Positions 37,010 to 49,064 of a stretch of 64,000 bases of DNA are shown here, piece after piece. The notes under the pieces were generated by a model. That model was given only the letters and a program-made list of their open reading frames with translations. It did not search any database and was not told where the DNA came from. The DNA is from Klebsormidium nitens (taxonomy: Eukaryota; Plantae; Klebsormidiophyceae): contig DF237172.1 in NCBI GenBank assembly GCA_000708835.1, positions 62,001 through 126,000 on the forward strand, read 5' to 3'. The first letter of the stretch is position 1, and each line of letters starts with the position of its first letter. Made by a program: the position numbers and the translations under genes.

Positions 37010-37096
37010 TAACCTAACACTATAAACCTAACCCTCAAAATCATCCAGTCCGCACCTGTACCCACCCTAAACCCCCAAACTAACCCCATCCGTCCA
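37010..37096 (-). repeat. G-tract dispersed element, copy E (just 3' of CBM14 stop)
   Basis: Reverse complement reads ggacggatggggttagtttgggggtttagggtgggtacaggtgcggactggatgattttgagggttagg. Confidence 0.8.
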
Positions 37097-37117
37097 AGGC
37101 TGCTTGGCTTACTTTTC

Positions 37118-37997
37118 CTAGATTGAAGTCTTGGGGGGGTGGTAGCAGGGGTCCGACGGGGGGAGCTGCCACGGATGAACACAGGTGCAAAGGTCACGGT
37201 CGTACATTGTGCCGGGGCCACATTGAAAATCGTATTTTGTGAGCGTGCCGTCTATGTCCACGCACCTGTAAAATCGGCTGCACAAACAGCAGAGCCAAAA
37301 GGGCTTAGGCATTGACAAGCATGCAAACACAACAAGGCAATGATTGGCATTGTCGGAGAGCACTGGGATGCTTGCGCAAGACTCGTAATGAATGCTCTGA
37401 GGAGTCTCCACCTGCAAATATGGTAGTTCTCGATGTAGTGAACAGCAAGCCAAGTGAACAGTAAGCATCTTGGGGTTACTAAAAGCCCTAACCCAAAAGA
37501 TCACCCGCTCCGCACCCGTACCCACCCTAACCCCCTAACTAACCCTACCCGTCTCCGTTACTGTTCACCGGCTGTTACTGTTCACTACATCGATCGGGAT
37601 GCAAGTATGGAGCATCCATAGAACCGCTCTATAGTCGATCTCTTTACTCGTACTCTACACCGCTTAATCTCTACACTTACATGAGCATCTTACATCTCAG
37701 CCCCTCCTGATGCTTGGACTGAGGCACGTGCTGAGGTTATGAGGCTTCCAAAGGCTGCATTATTCAGTTTTGTCATGAGCATTCAAACTTGCAAGAGAGC
37801 AGAGGCAGTGCATTTTTGTTGAGCAAATACAACAATTGGGACAGGCTGAGAAATAATGAGGCCACATACGCGCAGTCATTGGTTTTTGGGAAGAAGCCTT
37901 CCTCCTCGCATTTGTCTTCCGCTGCAACTGCAATCTGGATCGTTGCCAGAAGAACCGCTGACGCCAGCAAGAGGGACAGCACCAGAAGCTTTGCCAT
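37118..37997 (-). CDS. Small secreted chitin-binding peritrophin-A (CBM14) domain protein, 2 exons, 95 aa
   Basis: Exons 37997-37870 and 37277-37118, GT-AG, phase 2. Spliced product: MAKLLVLSLLLASAVLLATIQIAVAAEDKCEEEGFFPKTNDCARFYRCVDIDGTLTKYDFQCGPGTMYDRDLCTCVHPWQLPPSDPCYHPPKTSI*. Signal peptide plus C-x3-GFFP-x3-DC-x-RFYRC...C-GPGT-x-Y/F-D...C...C pattern. Confidence 0.85.
37478..37557 (-). repeat. G-tract dispersed element, copy F (in CBM14 intron; most telomere-like copy)
   Basis: Reverse complement reads ggagacgggtagggttagttagggggttagggtgggtacgggtgcggagcgggtgatcttttgggttagggc. Confidence 0.85.
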
Positions 37998-38099
37998 AAT
38001 GTTGGAATTGGTGAACTGCACGTATAGGAGACGCAATTAGCTCCTGTGGCACTGAAAAGGTTACCTTACACTGGCTTCTCTCCTAGCTTGTTTCTTGTA

Positions 38100-38560
38100 T
38101 TAGGATCGGACTGCAGGGCCAAGTAGAATATGCTCAACTAGTTGGGAGTGCTCGAGTGCCCTTGAGAAAGCAGAGCCAGATCCAACCCAACAAGTAAAAG
38201 ACTTCAGCCTGCAGTGTCTGAAGAGCGATCAAATTATAAGGAAGTGGCAATGTGACAAAAACAAAGAGTTAGTCAACCAAGTTCTGAAGCTGTGACCAGC
38301 CATTGGGCACATTCAAATGAAGGAGAAGCTTCGGAAGTCCTCTATAAGTCAGAAAATTTGTAGGTATAATTGAGCGAAGGCATTCTCCCTTCAGAAAGGA
38401 ATGCAACGTGCAAACAAGTACTTGATGGGCAATACAAGACGAGTACTGGCCTCGTCTTTCCACAACTTTAATGAGACAATTGTGAGACAAATACATCTTT
38501 TTGAGACATTGAAAAGCTTGGTTCTTGAGCACAGCAGGGATTCTATTGGTACAGAAATTT
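38100..38560 (-). pseudogene. Degenerate plant-type leucine-rich-repeat coding relic
   Basis: Minus strand reads IPAVLKNQAFQCLKKMYLSHNCL, IIPTNFLTYRGLPKLLLHLN, VPNGWSQLQNLVD*, PLPYNLIALQTLQ and LKGTRALPTS*: IP/LP-xx-L-xx-L-xx-L-x-L-xx-N-x-L periodicity broken by stops. Confidence 0.5.
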
Positions 38561-38939
38561 GTGCGCCCACCGTTCTGCTTTTTGCATTTGGCACAAGCTG
38601 AGGTTCAACCGTAATTGTATGCAGTCGGGATGCAGTCTATCAGGTTGTTGCCAAAGCACTTGCCAAATGTCAACACAAGACACGCAAAGTACTGAGCCGA
38701 ATGGCAAGCGCAACAAGGGAAAGGTTACAGAGCCATTTCTTTGCCCACCGTGACTGCGCATCGTATTGGGACTAACCTGAGATTGCTGACCAGGATTTGG
38801 GACAAAAGGAGCAACACAGAAGCTTAGCACAGGCTTTAGAGGAGTCTCACCAATGCTGGCAGCTACTCGAAGACAACTTTGAAGGGGCTTTGAAGAGGCT
38901 TTGAGGGCTCGAGAAACTTTGAAATACCGTAATTCGCAG

Positions 38940-39480
38940 CCTCCTAGCTCCTGAGTCGTGGGAGTCAGGACTCAGGACCCAAGCTGAGAGCTCTGAGGGT
39001 CTACTACTACAGTACTACCTAGGTAGGTACCGTAGTAGCCTGAGGGTAGGAATGCGGCGGCTGACGATCGAGAGTCCAGACTCCAGTCTCAGAGTCAGCC
39101 TAGTCCAGAGTCCAGAGTCCAGACTGTCTTGAAAGTTGAGTACCGGCCCATCAATTATGAGTAGGTAATTGATTGCTGGTGACGTACGATATCATACGGA
39201 AATCGCATGCGGGTCGCGTTACGGTGACGGTCGACTTGGCGACTGGCTAGCAGGACCTGCAAACTGGAGTGTCGCCGACGACCGGTGTCCTGACCGTACG
39301 GTGTCACGGTCTAGCGTGACCGGCCGGGACACCGGGACCGCGTCACTACTGTGACTACATCTGAGTGTGACAATACCGTAGTAGTTTAACGGTACTAAGG
39401 TACCGTGACCGAGTACGGTTAGAACTTACCGGTACGCGGCGTTGACGTGCGGTACGAAGTTCACGGTCGGAGTCAGTCAT
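38940..39480. repeat. GTAC- and GAGTC/GACTC-rich low-complexity tract with (AGTCCAG)x3
   Basis: About 10 GTAC words plus agtccagagtccagagtccag near 39103-39123. Confidence 0.65.
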
Positions 39481-40233
39481 GCACTGCGTTTCAACTTTGC
39501 GCCGCCGCGAAGGAGGCGGCTGCCGACCGGACTCGCTGGGATTGCAGGGTTTCTAGGGTTTCAAGTATCGTGTTGACCACTAAGTGAGTCCTGAAAACGG
39601 TATGGCAGTGGCTCGGCAGTGGTGCCTGGAGGGCTGATGAGTCGGATCGACTCTCATGGGATCTCTCTGTCGTGGCGCTTACGGGAAGATGGTTCTTTCG
39701 AATCTATATCTTAACACCAATCTGCATCATGCTCAGGGACAAAGCTTGCTCCTAAAACTTGCAATCGTCTATATCCAAGCTCCCCCTTCATCATGTATTA
39801 TAGTCCATTGAAAGTGACAGTTTCAAACCCCTGCACCAATTGTGGTTACAGTCACCAGCTATCAAAGGTGATCTGAAGTCGGGAACATTCCGACCAGAGT
39901 ACCCTTGCCTTATGCTTACACTTACAAAATGATATCTGAGGCTGATTCTGACAGCTTCTCTAGCTTCCTAGCTTTCCAATGGCCATTCGGCCGGCATCAA
40001 ATTAGTTCTTTCAAGACAACACAACGTTTCGAAAATGCAAGATCCAAATGTCCTACTTTCCAAATGTATCCATTTCCATTCCTTCGGAACCATTGCTTTG
40101 GACTAGGGAAGATAAAATGGAAGTCCACTTTCGTTGCATCACAGCCGTTCAATGAGACGGGACACCAGGGCGGACCATCCGAGATTGCTTCTGAGACTAG
40201 GCAAGGTGACTAAAATCAGATAGATTTATCAGT

Positions 40234-43200
40234 CTATTGGAATCCTATGCCGAGCGGTCTGTATCTGCGAACGCTGGGCGGCGGGACCGCCACGTCCAGG
40301 GCCGCGTACTCCGAAACGAGGTTGTGTAGCTGTTCTGCAAGTGAACCGAGGCCAGACACAGGAGATTGGTCAAGTACTTGGTCAAGTACTGCTTCACACT
40401 TTGGCCCAGGTCGCCAAGAACAGCCAAGGTTTGCGGTGCACCTTAGCCTGCATTTAGGCACGTCTGAAAACACTCACAAGTGGTAAAAGCTCAAAGGTTG
40501 AAGCCGCTGTGCAACCTTGAATTCCTACGAACACGCGCTGTAAGACTGAAGAAAGGCTGTACAGCAAATAGTGGGTATACGAATCAGAATCAGGTCTTAG
40601 CGGACGCACAGACCCATTACAGAAGAGAGCTGTGAGCTGGTTGATGCAAAACCTGGTTGCTTTGTGCTTGTCCGAGAGAGGACCTACGGCCCGTATAACA
40701 GCCCTCGGCAGTACCCTTCATCAAACAAAGACATCATACAAACAATTCCAGCCGTCTCATGTGAAGGCGGTCTTACCTGCGCTGGTGTCAAAGACGCCCT
40801 GGTCCATGTACTCTGTGTAATGGTGCACGTACGTGCGCCTTTTGTACAACTTCATGAAGCGGTCCTTGATGGCACCGATTGACTGCCTGCATGCAGGACA
40901 CAAAGCGTCTGAGGCTTTCACTATTCTCGGCAGCAAAACGATTCCGGGTGAGTCGAAAGCGTAGAGCAATGCAGCCCAAGTATTCAAAGTACCGAGCCAA
41001 GAAGATTCTGAACCTGGATGGCGAAGGTTTAGAATACTCTATGAGTCGAAGGCTTCATATGTGCAAGAAGTTGAGATAGATAGGCTTCGCCTGTTGAATC
41101 CCCCGTGAGAATGTTCAAGAACACGAAGGGGGCTGCTTCAACCCTTTACTGATCGTGCACCAGTTGGCAACATCGCTTAGACTGCTCTGCCACCTGTCAA
41201 ACTTCTGTCCCCACTGCAATGTTACGAGGCAAACTCGCTTTGAATGTCGCTGGCGCACGACCAAGTCCAACAACAACTGTGCAAGGCACTTGAAGTTTCC
41301 GGCAGGACAGAAACCCTTCGGATGTTTTAAATCATAATCTGGCAGAGCCTCACCCAATGCAGCAGTTGTTGGCGAGGCAGAGGAGGGAGTACGGCAGACC
41401 CACCGGAGGGGTGGAGCAGAGACCGATTTTGAAGCCTTCCGTGTTCCAGTAGACCTGCGGAAAAACAGATACCGTAGTGCTTTTTGAGCAGTTGACAAAC
41501 ATGAGTGGTTACCCGGGCCTGCGATTATACTGATGTGTTGCGCTCAGTTGCGGCTGGGATTGTGAGATCTATTGTGAGCTTTACATGCTTTGCAAAGACG
41601 AGACTACGTACTGTGGAACATGGGCTACTCAGGATTACAACTGTCTACTGGACATCCGAAGAAAGATGACGATACAGATCACGTCAATGATGAGTGGGAC
41701 TAGTCGACAGAGCAATCTCGGCCGTCACAGCGGATACAAGGCTCGTCAGGGTTGACTCCGAACCAGGCCGCACGTTCCCAAGCGACGTCAGCAATTCACG
41801 ACAACCATTTCCCGCTCTTCCCAGAGCCTCACCATTTTGACACGTGGCTTGATGCGTTCAACGTTGCGTGTGATGTCGGAAACTGTGCAGCCTTGCCCCC
41901 GGAGCATCAGGGCGCATGCCAGGTACGTTGACCCCCCCGGGTGGGCCTTCATTAGCTGGCGCTCCCTCGAAAACACCTCGGTAAACACCTGCGGAACTGT
42001 CGGTGATCAGGTCGATGACGAAGTTTAGCTCCTGGCTTTGGCCAGAAACACACTTCGTGGCAGTCAGGTAAGAACGGCGCCAGGTGCACCTTTGATACTA
42101 AAGGACTTGAGGAAACCCTTCAGTAAATGCTTGCGAAGCGTTCCGATTCTTGTTGGGCTTGAGGCCGGTTCAAAATACCCATTGTACCCGTGAATCAAAT
42201 TGCACAATGACAGGTCTGTTTGACAAAGCGTGGCAGCCACTAATAAAAATTTCGTTTCGACCGCTCTGAAACTGCTCAAGACTCCGTGCTCTTGACCGGG
42301 ATCCGAAACCGGGTATATTGAGTATGCTATTGCATCACTTCATTGTCCAATATACTCTCACGACTGCTATCAGTCTCCCGGCCGTTCGTCGAATAGAGGG
42401 TCTCGGAAAAAACGGTGACATGTCAATCAGGGTTGGATGGCAGAACTTACGTCGTGTTGCAGACAAAAAGTACGGTCAAGTAGACAAGGATCCAAGCTTG
42501 TTGGGAAACTTGCTCTGCATACCCTGGATATACTGGCATGTCAAGTTCCACCAAGCACGCTCCCTGTGAGACCTGATAGTACTATCATGGGGACGAAACG
42601 CTAGCCATGGATGCGAGAAGGGGCTCACTTCTGGAAAAGCTCCCATTTCTTAGATTAGCTTTTTCGAGCATCTCGCTCTTACGGTGTAGAGTCAATCAGG
42701 CTCCAGCACGTGACCTCCGTGCAAATGCTTCCAGGTCTAAAGGCAATCGTGCTCAGAAAAGATCGACTCAAACAAAGAGCGCGGGTTGCGGTCGTTGACA
42801 ACTCACCTGGCCAAGCGCTCTTGGCTCAAGCGTCATCTTGCCTGCATCCAGCCAGGCCATGAGCAACTGTCAGCGCTCTCCATTCCTTTGGCAGATTTCT
42901 CTTCAGTTTGACTTCCCCGCTTTCATTAAGGGCCGAGTGAGCGGCCCTAAGAGATCACACGACCACCTGCTCCGGAACTATGCCGTAGTCCCTGAAGGCG
43001 GTATGCCATTGACTCCAATTTCAGATTTGGAATCTCACAAACCAGAAATGCTGTGTCTCAAACTGATCTGGGTCAAAGTAACGGGCCAACAAAGAGTCGA
43101 CGAAAACCTGCACTCCTAACGCGTTTAGCCATAGCTCTCAGACCACAAAGAGCTTCACTCTCCGTGGTATGCAATTTTCCGCGCTATGATATTGGAACAC

Positions 43201-46200
43201 ACACACAGCACCGTCATTCAGAAAGGCGCTCACCAACGTCAGCGGGTGCAGCGATCGGCGCCATACTGGACATGAGGAAGTGGAGGCGCGGGTATGGCAC
43301 CAGGTTCGTCGTGATCTCGTTCAGGTCCACTGCCAGGTGTCAGGAACGTGGGGCTTCGGGATTCTGACGGACTTTTCGAAGAGCGGAGCTTTGAGTGCTC
43401 ACGGATGGGAAGGGCAAATTCGCGTCCGCAAATCAATCTGGTCCATGTTGAGGATTTGAAGCGCTGCCCGAGATCTGTCCCACTACATCCAATCTAAAAC
43501 GCGTTCATTTCAAAAAAATACCCGGTTCTGAACCGTCGATAAGTATCAGACAGTCGCGCTCAGGGGGGCAGAAGAAAGTAAACGTCAGGGACGCACCGGC
43601 TGATTCCTACTTGTTGAGTCGTTAAGAATGATGAAGGATCAGAAACCCGAATCTAATTCTTCGTGATGCATCTTCGGAAACCTTGCAGACGAAACAAACG
43701 GAGGGGAAACAGCACACCGTTGAGCGGCCCCTGGAAGCGGACGGAGCTGGTCAGGTGGAGCAGCAGGTTGGCTGCAATGCCGTTCATGCTGTCGAATGGC
43801 TTGCTGCCACGTGTCCCCGTCACGGCGCTCCCGGCCTTCTTCCCGGAGGCTGCATCGACCACGCTGCAGGGACGGGGTTTTAAAACGGGGTCAAGTTCGC
43901 TGAAGGATTGGTGTAGCACAAGCATTCGCACATTCCAAGAATTCTGGATGTCAGGCGATGAGATTGCTGCTACAGACATGGCTCCGAGGCCAACACTACT
44001 TGAAACCATGGGATGCGAAGCGGGGGTTCGTTTCGAACCTCGGGGCGGGCGTTGTCTTGATCAGAAACGGGTCCTGCTAAGCCCACCTGACAAGGTCTTG
44101 GAGTGCCTGGTTCTCGATTGGGAGCACGCAGTCTGCAAACTCGCTGAGCGAGGCTACCGAGAGGAGACTACAAGGCAGAAAAGCGGAGTTCAGATCTACG
44201 ATAGAGATGAGGTTGCAGCTGGCCTGATCGAAAGGGTTATGGAAACAAGGAAGCACGTTTTTCTTTCTTGCTGAGAACGGGAAAACGACGGGGAGGAATC
44301 AGAAGATCACTCTGTGGAATTGTCTCGCAGCGATATGTTTGGAAGACATTCCGAACCCCTATGCAAATCTTACATGTGTATCAGCGTCGTCAGAAACAAG
44401 CACTTCCGTTTGAAGTTACTTAGCAAAGGAAAATTCGGTCGCAGAATGCAACATACTGCAAGGTAAAAATTTCCGCAAGAAAAGCACTTGTGAGTTTCTT
44501 GGACCCGTGAGACTGGAAGGCCCAACGAAAGGAGTCTGGCAACAGAAGAGAAGGGTTTCGGAAAAGGAGAATTACCTGTTGTACGGTGACGTCACGACGT
44601 CGTCATCGGCGGACGGGAAGATGGAGGTTGTGAATCGAAACACTTCCGGGTACTCGTCCTGCAAGCACAAAAGGAATCCTTTCGTCCAGTTGCGCGGAAC
44701 TCCGTCGCACTTTACTGAACATTCTTAGCCGTCATCAAAGGTCGAGAAAGGCGACCGAAAGCCAGATGAAGAGGTGGCCAGGCGCAGAAAGGAAGCATGC
44801 CATTCGGTTTCAAACGACGTTGCGACGGCAGGTTTAAAGGACGTCAGCAACCAACGATAAACTTAAGCAGAGTGTAGAACCTTTCATGCTTCTTGATCTG
44901 TGCAAGAGCAGCTTCGAAAGCGCCTGCCCCACGCTTGCATGCGGTGATTCTCTGTGAAGATTCACGAGCATGCAATGAAGAGTGCCACACGTGACGTAAG
45001 GTGGACGTCAGCTCACGTGCAGTTGCTCGAGGATGTAAGTCCCCAGGCCGGACCCCGTGCCGCCGCCCAGGCTGTGCAGCAGGAAGAAACTCTGCAACGA
45101 ATCGCAGGGCTCCACCTGGCAGCGACAGAACTCCCTCGTGAGCAAGTGAACGCAGCCTGTCACTTGGGCCTCTGATCGCCCAAAACAACGTGCCTTAACA
45201 AAGCTTCCCGAATCTTCTGAATTAGATGCAAGAGAACAGGATGGAGCGGCGATCGTCATTGAAAATCTTCACCCCATGAAAGCCTTCCACCTTCGAAGCG
45301 GACAGAGGGATGAGCAAAACGGGAACAAGCTCCAACCCTCTGAAACAAGCACGGGGGTCTTGTGAAAGAGAGCGGGTAAAAACGCACCGCAATGCGAATG
45401 CTCTCGAAGATGCTCTCGCGGTACTGAGGACCGTAGACCTGGTGTCCGTGAGCCCTGCATGACGCACACGGAAAGTTCGTTTGAGAAACCAAACATTGGG
45501 CCTCAGTTCGCTTCGCTTATGAGTGGAACCCGGTTGTGAGATGCCAATGTTGGTCGTATTGCAGTCAAAAGTTAGGCGGGCACCCAAGATCGTCGATTGT
45601 CAAAACTACGTCGGAATTCCGTGAGTGCCAGTTGCAAGTTTGGTACCAACTTGTATGAGCCCAGGGGCGGCCAGCCAAACAGACTGCGACCAAGACGTTT
45701 CCTAATTGAATTCGAGATGTCTGCTCGACGACTTCGCTCGACGACTAAGCAAACAACGAGCAAAACCTTTCAATGACAAGTTCCAGATTATCCTGCTCGA
45801 CTGGCCGAGATCGCCGTCACGAACGGCTGACGCGCAATAAAAGCCATCGAGGTACTTCGAGGCCCCAACGAAGCTGTATAGGTCGACGCATAAGATTCAA
45901 TAAGTTCATCTTTCTCGTCGGACACAGCAATCTAAGTTGCCGTGTCCTTTGAGCTGCGAGTCTCACCAGTTGTTCCCTGCGCCTGAGACATCGGTGATGT
46001 GCAGCTTCGAGTCGAAGATGTCGGCTAGAGGCCCCTGCAGTTGCGCCTTTTGAGACTAAGAACGTCCGATCAAGTTGAGAAGATGCCCAGAAGTCTGATG
46101 AGACTTACACAGCCGAAGTATTGCCAGGAACACCCGACTAATATGCAAGATGAAGTCTCAAAGACAAGCTAGATTCAGTCTCAGAAACATCAAAGATGGA

Positions 46201-47789
46201 TTCGCAAGGGACCCCATGCATCCGCTTTGAAGGACTCCGTTTTGCCCAGTGTCGGGATAGGGCTCTTGGGCTACTTCAGAGATGACCGAGAAGGCAGACC
46301 ATAGGTGCTTGATCAAGTCATTTTCAAAGTTGGGATGCTGGCGGCTCAGTGGCAAGCTTTCACAACGCGGCATAAATACACACGAATTGTAACTGCGAGA
46401 CTGTGTGTTGTGAAGAACGTTGACACCTACTTTGATCTTGCCAGAAACTAATTCAGAGCTCCCAGTTCCAAGTTCGAGAATTCCTTACCTTCAAGAGCTC
46501 GTTAACAACTCCCTCCTCCATATCAACCAGAACGGCACGAGCCTGCAAAAATAAAGATGCTGGATCTAATCGCAAAGGTTTGCACTCCGACTGCAGGGAT
46601 AGATGGATGTCTTTGATATCCCTTCCAAGAAAATCTACTGTCGGACGGGCCAGCATGTTTGGGCAACTTTGGTTGGCTTATAGCTTGTTCAACACAACTT
46701 GGACTGTTGTTGATGCGAACTTTAATGAGCCTCCCACCAAGTCGCTCCTTGTCCTAGTGTCTCCTCTCTCTCCGACTTTGCACAAAAGTATTGTCCTCGT
46801 GATTTGTTGTTCTTTATGTATGACTTGATTGAATGGAGCATCTAATTGTTTGTGCCATTTGCTGCCTAAGGACCCCTCTTTGCAATCACAGTGCCCTCCC
46901 AACCACATCAGCAGCTCTATCAAAATCATTCATGAATGTGACATGAGGATCTATCGCGAAAGCCCCCATACCTGGCCAAGCCAGACATTCATTCCAGGTT
47001 GCATCTCTTATCTCTGCCTATCGCTCATGGCCTTGTCCAGGCACACTCAGTAACGCCAGCTTCAAAGAATGGACCACAAGATGAACTACCAAATTTTCAA
47101 AACAACAATCTTGGATATCCATGTTTCGAAAAAGCTGTTTATAGAGTAAGGGGGTTGTTCAATCAGTAGAGCTTGATTATGATACTCGAATTGATTATTT
47201 TCCCAAGCACCACCTCGAATGGACCGTGGCGGAGAGATGCTTGAGACTTACCTTAAGGGTCTTGATGGCACCCCCCACAGGCAGCTCCTGTGGGGGGTCA
47301 TGACGGCTGTCCACATTCCGGAAGAAGCTGCTGAGGGCATCGTCAAAGCGGGCCGCCCTGTTGTAGGCGGCGTGCTCCCTCAGGGCCAGCTCCCAAAAGC
47401 GGCATCCAATCTGACAGGTGAATGCACATCTTTCAGGACTTTGTGTCTGACCAGTGTCAGCAAGTCCATACCTGGCAGAAAACAGCGTGCAGGATTTCGT
47501 GTAGATATGGCAGTGGTGGTGCAACTTGAAAGAGCGTGGAAGAGATGGAGGGGGTAACAGTTTTGGTAGGCAAAACTGGTGATTCTTGGTATGCCTGCCC
47601 CCATCCTAACTCCAGTATGAAGATTTGAGAACATAAAACGCATGCAGTGCTGTTCTGCTCCTTCCATCCTCAAGTTCCATTCCTTTGCAATCCATTTGAT
47701 AGCACCTTTTGTGGAGCTTTTACTCAGGTGACCGCTCTTACCTGATTCCCGCATTGCCCAACCTGTATCGTGACAATCTCTCGTGGCAT
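40234..47789 (-). CDS. TUBE1: Epsilon-tubulin, ~14 exons, apparently intact
   Basis: Exons include 47789-47742 ([16 protein letters not shown]), 47410-47252 ([14 protein letters not shown]), 46542-46489 ([17 protein letters not shown]), 46034-45967 (SGAGNNW), 45454-45388, 45115-45017 ([12 protein letters not shown]), ~44660-44577 (DVVTSPYNS), ~44170-44090 ([11 protein letters not shown]), ~43865-43720 ([20 protein letters not shown]), ~43330-43235 ([18 protein letters not shown]), ~42840-42808, 41988-41830 ([10 protein letters not shown]), ~41453-41353 ([11 protein letters not shown]), ~40885-40778 ([14 protein letters not shown]), ~40335-40234. WELALREH and DMEEGVV are epsilon-type motifs. 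Confidence 0.93.
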
Positions 47790-49064
47790 CTGCTGCTTCA
47801 AGCAGCAGGACGACAGGGCCTTGGCTCCAAGAAAGGTCACAAGATGTCACAAGCTTATACAAATACATCCTAGATACTTCTCTCTGTGTCCTTGTCACTG
47901 CAACGCCCATGGCATTTGTGTGAGGGGCAAGTCTTTCAGAAAGTGTGAATCCAGAGCGCCTGCAATTCCTTCGCAGAGGCACTACAGTAACATAGTATAT
48001 GTAGACTGCGTTCATAACCTGTTTCCTCTTGCCTGCATATACCAGAAGTTATTACCACCGCAACTCGCAATCACTATATAATCAACATCGCTTTTTTCTC
48101 CAGTTTTTATTGGCTGCTTGAGTTTCATTGGACGAAAATTCTGGATATACCGGTACATGTCTTCCTGAAGAAATCGCGAAGCAAGCATGTACATGATGAT
48201 GTAGAAAGTGGCCCGAAGTTTGTATTTGTCAGGGAGGGACCTCGAGGATTGAGGCGCTGCATGGGCAAGGACGTCCGCTGCCATGAGGGTTGTCCTCAAA
48301 AAGCTGGGCTTGAAACGCGGCAAGAAGAACGAAACCAAGGAGAGCCTTGAAGCACAGCGTCTGGCAGGAGGCCCGGGCAATGTGGAAGAGAGCCAGTCGG
48401 GAGCAATTGAAAGCGACTTGAAGGTAGGAACTGTCCTCGGAATTGATGTCTTGCCTGTATACGACATGGAGCTTGACGGTCGAATCAATCTTTAAGCTCT
48501 GTCTTGCAACATCAGAAATTTGTGCGCTGGCGGTCTGCATGGCTAGACAAATGCAACATAGTGAAGAATTGGTGCAAAGTGTCTGGGTCCTTGTGCTGTT
48601 CTTCTATATTGAGAAGGTTGCAGGTTGTCCTTACAGTGCCCTTTGTCAGCCAAGGCTGTCACAAGTGGGAACCTTCACTTCAGCTTGATAGAAGAGATAT
48701 GTTTTCATAAAGCTGCTCATTTTGTGGCTTGGCAGTTATTTCAGTCACTGTGAGCTGATTCTTGGGAGAGGTCTTGCAAGGTTATCTGCCTGTACTTCCA
48801 GACAGGGGTTCTTTCCTGGTCACTCATGTTCAATAGCAACGTTACTCTTTGACCTTCAGCTTCGATGCCCGTTAAGTTACACATTTTGTTCAAGATGTAT
48901 AGCACAAGTGTATCTTTTGTTCATATACTGTCTGACTCGACGGCTTAATTGCAGTACAACCAGTCAATCTAGCCGCTCAAGAACTTAATTACATGGTAGA
49001 AGAGATTGCACAATAAGCAAGGTTCTTCAACTCCCATCTTCAGGCGAGTTCTCCAGCACCAGAG

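Noticed and set aside
37478-37557. Interstitial telomere or chromosome-fusion scar
   Set aside because: Only isolated TTAGGG units embedded in a conserved non-telomeric core shared by seven dispersed copies; no tandem telomeric array.
47380-48488. ORFs of 211 aa and 158 aa (minus strand) upstream of and overlapping TUBE1 exon 1
   Set aside because: No recognisable domain; the first overlaps true TUBE1 exons in another frame. Probably 5' UTR, intron or promoter sequence.
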